A DNA stretch of 64,000 nt from Kudoa neothunni (taxonomy: Eukaryota > Animalia > Cnidaria), in contig OZ199838.1 of the NCBI GenBank assembly GCA_964304625.1, positions 8,019,550 through 8,083,549 of the forward strand. The letters run 5' to 3'. Positions 52,391 through 64,000 of this stretch are shown piece by piece. The notes beneath the pieces are model-generated. The model did no database searches and was not told the origin of the DNA. It was given only the letters and a program-made list of their open reading frames with translations. The position numbers and the translations under genes are program-made. Within the stretch, counting starts at the first letter, position 1; every line of letters starts with the position of its first letter.

Positions 52391-54784
52391 ATGGTTATTG
52401 ATACTAGAGTAGATACCTATCCAAAAGGGGTATATAATTCAATCGAATTGTCATCTTATTATCTCGTTAACATCTCTTAAGGGGGTTCAAGATCATATCT
52501 TTTTTTATAATGTATATACCAATTTTTCTTAACAAGTCTTTCCTCTAGGTGGCCACGGTTTTTGTTTTCAACCTGATATTTGGCTCGGGAGCATTACTTC
52601 TACCTAATGCGTTCATAAATGTTGGTTACGTTATTGGCAGCATATTATTTATCTGGCTGGCGTTTTTAAGGTATATTTCAAATGTGCTTAACTTTGGCTT
52701 AATTAAATAGCTTTGTAACGTGCACGTATGTGGTTGAAGCGATGTCCCTTGCCTGTGCCATAAATGCTTATACTAATGAAAGAACTATCGAACCCGAAAC
52801 ACCCAAAGAAGTTTTTATCCTACTTTATTATATTTTTAAAATAAATTTAGCTTCGTGAAGCCTCATTAGTTACTCAGCTTGAAGATAGTTTGAAGAAAGA
52901 AAACTTGGCTATTGGGAATGATGAAACCCTCCGCCTTCTTGGTATTTCAGTTTAACCGCCACAATGAAATTTAGTGTTCAGTTTAACAAAGTGAATTATA
53001 AAAAATTTAATTTTTGTTAGTCTCGTTTAAACCAACTAACCAATTGATGCCTCATTATTATAACAGGTTATTTGTAGGGGAGGAGGATGAGTTATTTCAA
53101 ATTCAAACCAAATACGAATTGGTATATATTGATTGTTGTTAAAAAATATATGTTTTATAGAGTGAAATGGCTAGATTGTTTTTTAGCAGACGTAAATTGA
53201 TTGTTTTACTAATCCCTCGTTCATTAAACTCCACAGCATTGCTTATATTCTTCTTCATTTCCACAATTGTATATTTGTATGGTGATTTGCTAATATATTT
53301 GTCGATTGTTGGGAAATCGTTGGCAACCATTACTTGGTAATTGAAAACTATTGTATTACCCGTTTTACTGGTGTGTAGCAGTTCTGGAAATATAACAGCA
53401 GCTGGAAGATTTTGTGAGAGAATAGGATTAACAAATGTTTTCAGGATATACATTGTGAATATTTTGGGTTGTCTATTTTGTTTAATTGTATTACTATTAG
53501 ACCGTTTTCATTGGACTTATTGGCTCATTGATATATTTTAATGTTTCCAAAACAAAATGCGTTCAATTTAGCACAATATGTCTACGATGGGTTGGTAATT
53601 TCTGGTTATACGTTTTAATATTCTCGTTTTTAAATACTCCTAATTAAGCTTGTAGATTAAAAATAATTTTATTCATTATTCTTATTCCTTTCCATCGAAT
53701 AATAATTATTTTATTATCAGTTTGACTTAAGTGATGCTTCAAGCACTTTAATTAGTTCTTTGACTATTTTTTAAACTAACCGTTTGTATTTATACATTGT
53801 CGGAATCAATATTCTGATTGCCGGAAATGGGAAAACTGTGTCCAATATATAAATTTGTAAATTCAATTCGTCTCCTGCCAAATCCAACAAAACCTAAAAT
53901 CCAATTTATTTTAACATTTTTTTATGTCCATTTAATGAAAATCATAGCACTTTAGTTGAAATATGGTTCTTTTATGAGATTTAACATGATATTGTGTAGC
54001 CTTCATTATGATGATATCTCTGGCTTTGCTGAAAATTGCGAAAGGAAAAGCAACCGTCCCTGATGCATTCAATTTAAAGGGTATTCCCCTGTTTATTGGA
54101 ACTGGGCTGTATTCATTCATGTGCCAACATTCTCTTCCATCCCTCCTCTATCCCATTAGAGATACACGTCGAAGCTATACTCCATTGTTTATTTATGCCA
54201 TAAGTGCAGTGCTAGTTATATACCTGCTTATCACATATAGCGCAGCATTTGCTTTTGAAAAAGATGAAGTAAAAAAGATATACACTATGAACTTTATGAA
54301 TTTCGGAGATGGATTGTTGCTCAAAATATTAGGTCATTTTTTGCAACTTTTCCCCGTTATTGCTCTCAGTTCCAGTTATCCCATTGTTGGTATTACTCTC
54401 CGAGAGAATATAAAAACTCTTATCTTTAAAGATAATTCTGTAAATACTAGAAAAAAATTTATCTTAAAGCGTGTGCTTGTCCCGGCAGTTGTGATCTATC
54501 CACCGTACATAGCTATCTTATTTTTGGTCGATCATGTTGATTCCATTGTAAATGTTGTTGGAAGTTACGCCGGAACTCTGGTTCAATATGTCATTCCATC
54601 ACTGTTGGTTATATATGGCCAAAAGAAAGCCAAGAGTCTCTTCGGCACATCAACTTACAATAAAAATTTCCAAAAATCCCCATTTGGTCATATTGCAATA
54701 ATTAGTCTTGTTCTAACTTGGAGTATTGTTGGTGTTTGCGTTGTAACCTATTGCAACATCCAAAAATTACGTAAAATCCCATGA
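52391..54784 (+). CDS. TMEM104: Transmembrane protein 104 (amino-acid transporter family), multi-exon
   Basis: FVFNLIFGSGALLLPNAF, YVVEAMSLA, IVYLYGDLLIY, YSFMCQHSLPSL, FPVIALSSSYPIVGITLRENI, GSYAGTLVQYVIP, SPF; about 8 GT-AG introns. Confidence 0.88.
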
Positions 54785-54817
54785 AATTACTTCCTTTCTT
54801 CCAGTACCATACAGTTT

Positions 54818-54829
54818 CATATATCTATA

Positions 54830-54863
<34 letters not shown>

Positions 54864-54875
54864 TATACATATGTA
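54818..54875. repeat. (AT)n microsatellite with inverted flanks
   Basis: atatctatatatat...atatatagatat just 3' of TMEM104. Confidence 0.8.
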
Positions 54876-56254
54876 TTACGAAAATTATAGATATAGTCGC
54901 CATGTAATGTTTTAACTTTATGGGAATATTTCTTTTTTTTTTTGCTTTCATATTCTAGATTTATCTTAAAATATTTTTTAAGATTCTTAATATTAACTAG
55001 CGTTAAAGCCCAACTTTGCTCGATGTTGTGTGATGAAAATTTTAACTTCCATTTGATTTTTGAATGGAGACATTTTACAGAAGAGTTAATCTAATTAGCA
55101 CGTTAAACACTGTAAATTTTATTCTTCTATTTTAATTGATGCATTTTAAAGCTTTTTATTATTTTTGAAATGTGATGGTTTAAAAAAACAAAATTATGCG
55201 CATACTTTCCATTAAATATAAATAGTGTTATTGAGGGAAATTGATGAGTATTTTTAAGTTTATTTACAAATTATGATCAGAAATACAATGCCCTTAATTT
55301 TATGAGCAATTTAATTGACGATTAAAGTTCATTTATTTACTAAACAAAGCCATTAAGTAACTTAAATAGGACTTTTAGTTCTTTTCAAAATTTTACAATA
55401 ATAATTAATCCTTCTGGTTGTAAAATTTATTATTGGTCTACGTACGATATAAAAAATAAAATCGACCTAAGATGTGTCAGCAATTATAATATTAATTGTT
55501 ACTCCTTTTTTTGCAATTTTATAAAAGAATGTTAATGAGGTTTTAATAATCTGTGAGCGATAACTTACGTATTCAATATTTTAACATTACTTTCCTGTTT
55601 TTAAATAAATGAAGCTGTTCTTTTTAACAAAATACGATTAATCTAAAGCGTAAAGGTGCTTTGAGGTTGAAAAATTACAGTAATGCTTAAATATCAACTG
55701 GTTTTCTCGAAGTAGTACACCCTTTTTAAAAAACAAACGTACGATTTGATTGCCCCAAATAATTTATTTGTATTGTATTATTCTTAAATTAACGAAGACT
55801 TTGTGAAAATATCGGTTGGATCGAATAAATCAATAATTTCTTATTAACTTACATGGCACGTATTGAGAGTAGACCGTATTTTGTGCAAAATTAATCGTGA
55901 ATATAAATTCTTAAACTACGTATAGAATGAGGTGCCGCATATTTTCATGCAGTTTTTCTATCATAATGAATTATTTTTAGTGAAAAGAAAATTATATATA
56001 GATTTGAATATTAACCTTAAGGTCTGGGGGTAAGGAATAATTGGATTAATAATAACTTAAACATTATTTTAAAAATTATCTCGTAAAATATAAAAACTTA
56101 TCGAATTAGTGATGCCAGCTGTTTTGCAAGAAAGTTTAGGAAAACCAAAAAATGAGTAAAAACTTATCGAAAAGACGAATATATTTTCGATCTCAATCGA
56201 TATATTTGATAAAAAGAAATTTTCATTTAAAAAGTTATCACAAAAATTTTAATA

Positions 56255-58315
56255 CAGTAGGCAATCGATTTTTCGTACTTTTTAACTTCTTGTTTCTCGT
56301 TTACTCTGGAAGTTTCTGTAAAAGTAAAGACCCAGTATTAGAATGTCATATTAAAATTTGATTAAAAAAAGTTTACAAATAAAGAAAAAATGATGAAAAT
56401 ACGAAAAATCCATCGTTGCAGATTTTACGTACTTTTTTTTGAATTTTTCGAAGGAACTTGCGGGTTTTTCGTGATTTTCAGATGGCATAACAAAAATAAA
56501 AAAAGCATAACAATTAAGGAAGAATTTGAAATAATTGAATTTTTTGAACACTTATCTAATAAGCGAGCGGAGGAGGCTACTATTCGATATTTTAAACTTT
56601 CTTACAATTTCAACATTGGATGGAATTCTTAATAAGAGAGAAGAAATAGTCAAATCCCATAAAGGTGGGTTCGCTTCACCGAAAAAATTGAAATATAGTA
56701 CCAACAAGGAGCTTGATTCAGAGCAGTTTGAGTGGATTAATTTGATGCGCTCAAAAAATAGAGCTAACTTCTATTGATATGATTAATCAAGTGAGAAGAT
56801 TGTGCTCTAATGATTCGAGGGTGGATTCCGATGTTATTAGATATAATAAAGGGCTGCTCACCCTTATGTGTTTTTAAAATCGAAGAAACTGCGCTACATT
56901 ATCAGCAACAGGAGCTAAAATTTTTGTTCGTATATGTTTACATAGTTTTAGGAAAGAGCTTTGTCACAACTAAGTAGAATGCCTATAACAGAATAAAAAA
57001 GAGAAAAAAAGCATAACAATCTTCTTTGGCGCTTTTATATCTGGTAAGAAACTCGACCCATTGATTATTTGACAAGCTGCTAAATCGAGATGCTCCAAAA
57101 ATGTACAAAATCTTCTACTAAAGTATGAGTATCGCGAAAAAGCATGAATGACTGATTATATGTTTATAAAATATATAACTGATTTAAATAAGTTTGTTGA
57201 ATAAATTCCAATAAAATTATTTTATATTCGATAATGCAATTTCTAATTTCCACAGCGATTTAAGCCATATAAAAATGGTTTTTCTTCCTCAAAATACGAC
57301 AAGTGGTTTGCGACCTATAAATCAGGGTATTATAAATTCGTTCAAATTGCATATAAAAGAGACATTATAAAACTTTTTTTGCGTTCACAGATGCTGACTC
57401 TCTCTCAACTTCCCCAGATTACCTGGAATCTATATTTTTAATTAAAGAAGCGTGAGAGTCTGTTAGCAATAAGACCATATTAAATTGTTTTAAAGCTAGA
57501 TTTTCTTCTGCTAACGATAAAGATATAAATAATGAAATTACACTACATGAACAAACAGAAATTGACTAGATGATTCTAGAGGAGCACGATAATTTTGTAT
57601 GGGTAATGAAGATTCGGTTAACATACAGCATAAATAGTAAGGGTAAAAGAACCACTATGATGTCGATATATTCTAAGATTTACCAATCGATGATATTTCT
57701 TCGAAGGAAATTATAGAATCAATTCAAAAACTTTAAATTTTTGTAAAGCGTAATGCCATTGACGAATACAACTTGGTCATATAGCTGGAAAATACGCTGT
57801 CAAACGTATTGTTTAAAAAAATTTAACCAAACTAAGATAACTGATTATTTCCACAAAAGCGATTCATAAAGTCGTTTCTCAGTTATTTTTTGGTTTCTAT
57901 TAGCAATTTTTCAGTATTGATTATTAAAATTGACACATTGATGAGATACGATAAAAACCATTATTATCGTTTCTTGTAGCTACAATAATTAATTTCGAAA
58001 TCACTTAACTCAAAATTTACAACAGAATGAATCGCTATTTAATCACAAAGATGAAATTATAAAGAAAATTTATACATAAAATAAATAAGACTTTGAAATA
58101 AATGTTGAATGTCAATTAAACTATAAAAAAATTAAATTTGTTCATGTCAGTGATCGCATTAAACGGTGTTATTTTTAATTATTTATATTATATTAAACTA
58201 AACTAAACAAAAAATGTGATAAATTTGAATGAAAACCCATTTAAATCACTCCCCCACCATCATGATTCTTAAGACGCGCATGCTCCAAAGAGCACGAAAA
58301 ATCGTTTGCCTACTG
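56255..58315 (+). mobile_element. pogo-like transposon, strongly decayed (family of 21970-23930 / 9587-15209)
   Basis: TIRs cagtaggcaatcgatttttcgtactttt / aaagagcacgaaaaatcgtttgcctactg; remnants FLPQNTTSGLRPINQG and QTKITDYF. Confidence 0.85.
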
Positions 58316-58440
58316 TGTGTGTATATATATATATATATTGAATTCTTAACATAATTCTCATATTAATTGATAAGGGTTCGATAGACCCATGAGTGTATAT
58401 ACAAGGGTTAGAAGACGCCAAAAAGATAGGGAACCACTGC

Positions 58441-58908
58441 TCTATAGCATTTGTTCCACCTGAATATGTAGAAATTGAGTATCAGAAAGTCCTAAGGAGA
58501 TCATTAGAATTTACAAATATTAATCTTGTTCCGTTTTTCAATTATTTCGAAAAAAATTTTCTGAAAGGAACGAAATATCATGTCGAGTGTTGGAACGCTA
58601 AGGAAAGAGTTGTGGAATACATACCCTTAACTTCAAACAACGCAGAAACGTTTAACCATCATTTTCGCGATAAATTTGATCAATACCACCCAGGTCTTTC
58701 AACCTTTTTTGAAAAATTAAAGGTTAATCAAAGTAATGTTGAGAATGACATCGAGTGCCACATGTTTAATGTTACACGCATTACCGATATTACGTACACG
58801 CGAAAATTAGGCTCTTTCAAAGAAATTTGCAAAAATTATCATGAATATTATAGTATGACATACGTTCAACTTATAGCCAAAATATATGCTTTGAAATTAA
58901 CCGATTAA
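58441..58908 (+). pseudogene. MULE-type transposase C-terminal fragment, 5' part replaced by a hAT end (58374-58439)
   Basis: AFVP..FFNYFEKNF..WN..LTSNNAETFNHHF..HPGL; upstream ..gggaaccactg is a typical hAT terminus. Confidence 0.7.
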
Positions 58909-59625
58909 CTTATGTATAGTTCATCTATTATCGTTCCAAACATAGTGTGTTATTTGCGCGCGCACGTTGAAGGTTGACCAGTTTTCTCTTAATGGTAGTA
59001 AACCGAGAATTCTTTTTGAATGTAAGGGAAAAAATTTATGATATAATTTTACGAGCAATTTATTTACTTTAATTGATAAAAATTACAGAACTAATGTAGG
59101 AGTTCGGATGAACTGTGATGCAATTGAGTTAACTACCGCATTTGGATGAAATTATAGGTACTTGGCGTGGTTATTAATACAAAGGAAGTTATATGCTAAA
59201 TTAATAATTATTATTTTCAAAAATGAGTTTGTTATGTCTGCTCAAGTCATCAATTACAAAATATTGCTAGATTGTGCCATATTAAATTGTATATCAATAG
59301 AATAATCATGGTGAGGTTTACCTTAAACTCATTGATTCGCCGCAAAAAAAGATAAAGCTGTTATGAATATAATACTTTATTCTAATGATAAGATAATAAA
59401 AATATGCCCAAGGACAATTTTATATTAGAATAGTTTAATCAGATGGAGACATTAGATATCCAGAAAATTAATCGAATGCATGAAACATTAGTGAACATAC
59501 AGTAATATCTGTTACTATACCTTATAGATGTCTTACAATAAATTCACCATAACGTTGTCAATTATACCGTAGATATATTTATTTTGAAACAATTAGTAAT
59601 TTAACCCCTATGTTGGATGTTGGTA

Positions 59626-60007
59626 CTGTCGAACCCCGATTATCCGAATGATTTTTGAAAATTTATTTGAAAATGATGTGCATTCTGCCGAATTCTCTCG
59701 CGACCCCGCACATGAATATAAAACAGGTGAAATGTGATGTTATAGGGAAACAATAATGAAGGGTTAAATACTAATAGAAAGAACTAGTGACGTTTCATAT
59801 TGACGTCATAGGATCAATAATAATGTATGCGTTGGAAGACATCTTCATAAAACATTGGCATAATGATCATAAAAATTTGTAGTCATAAAATAAATGCACG
59901 GCAGTTCCTAATAGATTCTAAATAAAAAAATTTCGTTTAACATAAATTTCAATATCCGAAAGGAAAATGCCATGTCCCAACATTTTCGAATAAATGAGGT
60001 TCGACTT
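59626..60007 (+). mobile_element. Tigger-derived MITE
   Basis: Left end ctgtcgaaccccgattatccgaa; right end atccgaaaggaaaatgccatgtccc..ggttcgact is closely similar to 45210-45263. Confidence 0.75.
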
Positions 60008-60498
60008 TATTTATTCCGTAAATAGATAAAGATCAAAAATCGTCACAACACTCGTATAACCACATATATTTTATCAATTTGACCAAAAATAGTTCTAGGG
60101 CCCCATAACTAAACGTTTAATGAGACATTTTTATAGTTTTTATGCAGAGAACAAAACAATTATAGCACCTTATAACAGTTTCTATAATATTTAAATAAGT
60201 TTGAAAATATATTACTGAGCTTAAAATAGATCTGGAAAATAAAAATCTTAAAGAGAACACAAGTACAAACATTGTGACGCATGTTTTTAACATAATACAT
60301 CTGCGCACGCTTAAACATGTTTAGGGATGATATTGACTTAGAATGAGAAAAATTTGATACAAAGTATGATACTATTGAACAGAAATCTATTAAACACAAC
60401 AATATTAGCATTCTCTCCCTTCACTCTTGATGGTATCATATACGTATGTTTTCGGTAAGGCTCGTAACTCGGTTGCACGTTTTCGTCTTGTTGTGGCG

Positions 60499-61359
60499 AT
60501 GAAGGTTGCTCTCTTTTCTCTTTTAGCTCCAAATAATATCTTCTATTTTTAGTTGAACATAGCATATCCCAGGCAAGGTACTCAAAAACAATTCGAAATC
60601 GAAGATGAGCTCACATTGTATATGCACCCGTTTTAGCATGGTTGATTTAATTTGGTGTGTAGGAGACCCTTTTATGACAAAAGAATAGCTCAAGAAGTGA
60701 GTGGAGATTCTCTTGGTGAGAAGTGGAAAGGTTATATTTTCCGTATTACTGGAGGTTCTGACAAAGATGGTTTCCCGATGAGACAAGGTGTGATGACAAC
60801 CAAAAAGGTTCACCTCTTGCTCAAACAGGGTGACAAAGGTTACCGTTGCAAACGTGAGGGTGTCAGAAAGAGAAAATATGTACGTGGTTGCATCGTGGAT
60901 GCCAACCTTAGCGTACTTTCAATGGTGGTTGTAAAGAAAGGAGAAAATGATATTGAGGGTCTTACTGATGTCACAGTTCCTAGACGATTAGGCCCTAAAA
61001 GAGCTGGAAAGATCATAAAAATGTTTAATCTTGAAAAGGATGATGATGTTCGCCGATTCGTCTTACGTAGACCAGCCACCTATAAAAATAAGGAAAAGCA
61101 AGAAACTGCTGATGCTGCTGGAAAAAAAAGACTCAAGGCTCCAAAAATCCAGAGACTAATCACGCCTGTACATCTTCAAAGAAGAAGACGTATTGCCGCT
61201 GCTAAGTCTGCTCGTTCGCTTAAAAACAAAGCCGAAAGAGAAGAATATAATCAGCTGTTGAAGAAGATAAAACGTGATAATATGACTGTGATGAGAAAAC
61301 CAGTTCAAGCCTCCCCTGTTCAGGCTTCAGTAGATGTTAAAACCAAGTCAAAAAAATAA
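60499..61359 (+). CDS. RPS6: 40S ribosomal protein S6 (eS6); exons 60499-60504, 60553-60617, 60663-61359
   Basis: MK|[22 protein letters not shown]|[49 protein letters not shown]; intron after the MK codons. Confidence 0.97.
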
Positions 61360-61738
61360 ATAAACTCTCCTTATAGATTTACCATTGTCATTGAATTAGA
61401 GACTGTGTTTTTTTCTGTTTTGAAATTCGCTGAAATTAGCATGATTGACCCTGTAATTAGTTTAAAAATTGTGCGTTTAAAGGGGCATTGGGAAGAGTGG
61501 ATAAGCGTCGAGGGGGAATGCAATGTCCGCGCGGACCTCTATTTTGGTATTTTATTGTTTATTTACTGAATTGGGAAGTAAGTTTTTTGAATTTGCTGAA
61601 ATCCTAGTAATTATGATGCTATTAAAATTTTTATTTATCGACGAAAAAAATATATAAATTTAAATAAGTAGTGTTAACATAAAAACGATAGTTACTTCCT
61701 AAAAATACTTTTAAACATTTCATAAAAAGTGGTATTAA

Positions 61739-63969
61739 ACGTTCCGTGTACCGGACATCTGGCATTCGTGGACCGGAATTTGTGCGCATGATAGAAATCC
61801 AACGGAATTGCATAAATAACAAAAAATAGTTATTATAGTAAATGTAGAAACAATTTCTACCGTTCACAAGAGAACATGAAACATTACATTTCAAACATAC
61901 TACTTGGGGTTTTCTCCCGCAAATTTTACATCTTGTTGGAAATGAAGTTACTTCAGGCAGGCGACCTATATTATCAAATTTTATTTTATCGGATAATGAA
62001 ATGTATTTTTTCCGTGGTAATTTTATGTTTTCGTTGGTATTGTTTGGAGTGGGATCAACATTTGGGCGGCCTCGTTTACGATTTTGTCTGGATAATTGAT
62101 TTTTATATAACGATGATTAACAAATTGAGTATGTAAAGGATAGCAGATCAAGAGTTTCCGCTTTGGAGGTATTTCCCATTTTGCACTATCATTTATATAG
62201 CAACCATGAATTGGTTATCGCTGTATTGATACCCCCACAAAATTCGCATGTAGAATTTTCTGTACTTGTGACTCAATCTATAAATTGACATTAACATGTC
62301 AGACATGTCAACATCTCCCATATTCTTGTTGTATTCTGATACGACAGCTGGACAATTTACTTTAACTCGCTTCTTTTGGCGCCTATCAAATCTGAATAAA
62401 GTTGTTAAAGGTTCAATAGCAGAATGAGTTGATGATAACGTCACGACTGAATCATCGTACCGTCGAGTCAACACTAAACTTTCATTAGAACTTTGGGCAA
62501 AATCAAAAGCACCACGTTCTTTCTTCATTAGCTCTTTTTTGGAAGCAAAGGACATCCTTTCATTCGATTATTCCGGATGGTTCCCACAGAATAAATGCCA
62601 CTTTTTTCAATATTATTTGCATCTTGAATGACGTAAACCAATTATCAAGGTACACTAGAAAATTTCTGTTTCTAGGAAGATGCTCACATAACTAGATAAC
62701 ATAATCTCAAGAACTTAAGCCATAACTTACAGCGACCATAGGAGGTTTACCATCTTAAAAACTAAAGTTATAAACCATCCCACCTCTTCCACATAATGCA
62801 AAAACTTTAAACCCCGATTTTGTAGGTTTATTTGGGACATATTGTTTTGCTCTACATTTACCATTGAATGGAATCATCTGTTCATCCGACGAATTGATAG
62901 TTTCAGAACTGATTTTTAAAAGCGGCATTCTCAAATGTTCCAAAAAGGGTCAAATTTTTGCAAATCGATCAAAGCATCGAGAAGATTGATCATTTGTAAT
63001 ATTTTTGTTGTCGTTAAAATGTAAATATTTTGATATCTGCTCGAATCTATCTCTCGAAAAGCCATTAGAAATGGGGGGGGGGGGGGGGTAATTAAAATAT
63101 TTAGACCAATAACATCTGTAACGGGGCGTTCGAACAATCCCCATCAAGATCAGTACTCCAAAGTTAGCTTTCGATTTCCGGAACAGAGGTTCTAAAGTTA
63201 GAATCATTCTGGATTGCGTATCGATTTGATTCGGCAACAATCAATTCAAGCAGTTCATTATGGAATAATCTATCAAAATAATCTATGGAATAAATTAACC
63301 CCTTTAAATTTTCAAAATGATCGTTATCGTTGGACAATTGCTGTGGCAAACCCATTTTGCTCAAGGTTTTTTTCCATTTTATTTTGGAATTAATTTTGGA
63401 ATCATCTGATGACACACATTCTTCTCTTTTCATACTTGATGATAGAATCACTGGATCATCGTAAGAATACGTATCTGGTTCAGATATGTCAGCACCAGTT
63501 AGGCTAATGATTTCTGATAATTCGTTTTCACTTCCATCATTATTAGTCCGAATGTCAGGATCCATTGTGGCTAATCCAAATCCAGTCCATGAGTGCCGGG
63601 TGTCCGGTATACGGACACGTGTTAAACATTGTATTATTTCAAAAATCATGCACCTGATTCGTTTACAAATCTATCTATTTAATGAAATTGATTATTTGCA
63701 TTACGTCAAATTTTTATTTTGGTAAATCATGAAAACCCTAAATGTTATGATCAAATTCTTTTGAATGCTGCAATGGTATAGTGGTTCTAACTTTAAATGC
63801 TTAATTTAATCATTAACATGTTTAGTGATAATTGTGAAATCTATTAATAAGAAACAACTAATTTAATATATTATACCGATATTTATTACCTTACGAAATT
63901 TCGTTTAAGTAAATTTCAGAATTAGAGACAAGTTGCTGTCCTGTATACCGGACATCCGGCACGAAAGGG
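61739..63969 (-). mobile_element. piggyBac-like transposon, both ends present, fragmented transposase
   Basis: TTAA at 61735-61738 and 63970-63973; taccggacatc(c/t)ggca repeats at both ends and internally (~63595). Motifs SDEQMIPFNGK..KPTKSGFK, YNKNMGDVD. Confidence 0.88.
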
Positions 63970-64000
63970 TTAAGAAATTAATTACGAACGAAACAATTTT

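Noticed and set aside
1-64000. Prokaryotic interpretation: IS elements, operons, CRISPR arrays, rRNA
   Set aside because: Spliceosomal introns and eukaryotic ribosomal proteins are present; no regularly spaced repeats or rRNA motifs were seen.

Overview
AT-rich eukaryotic DNA, not prokaryotic. Five recognisable host genes with very short (~37-50 nt) GT-AG introns sit in a dense field of DNA transposons: RPL30, GTP cyclohydrolase I, a PPPDE/DeSI peptidase, TMEM104 and RPS6, plus one or two unidentified spliced genes. The transposons are mostly decayed and often nested: piggyBac, Tc1/IS630-like DD34E, pogo/Tigger, Mutator (MULE), hAT, Merlin/IS1595-like, MITEs and a non-autonomous Helitron. Divergent animal-like housekeeping genes, tiny introns and low GC would fit a reduced metazoan parasite such as a myxozoan, but that is inference only. 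The most notable signals are three. (1) A young, intact, GC-rich tRNA-headed SINE (13890-14346) whose body can fold into a closed, pseudoknotted RNA domain; it inserted at the same site as a MULE inside a pogo element. (2) Host-sized spliceosomal introns inside transposases of four superfamilies. (3) An oversized two-hairpin intron in RPL30. No CRISPR, rRNA or TnpB/Fanzor gene was seen. Exon boundaries and folds were worked out by hand and are unverified.
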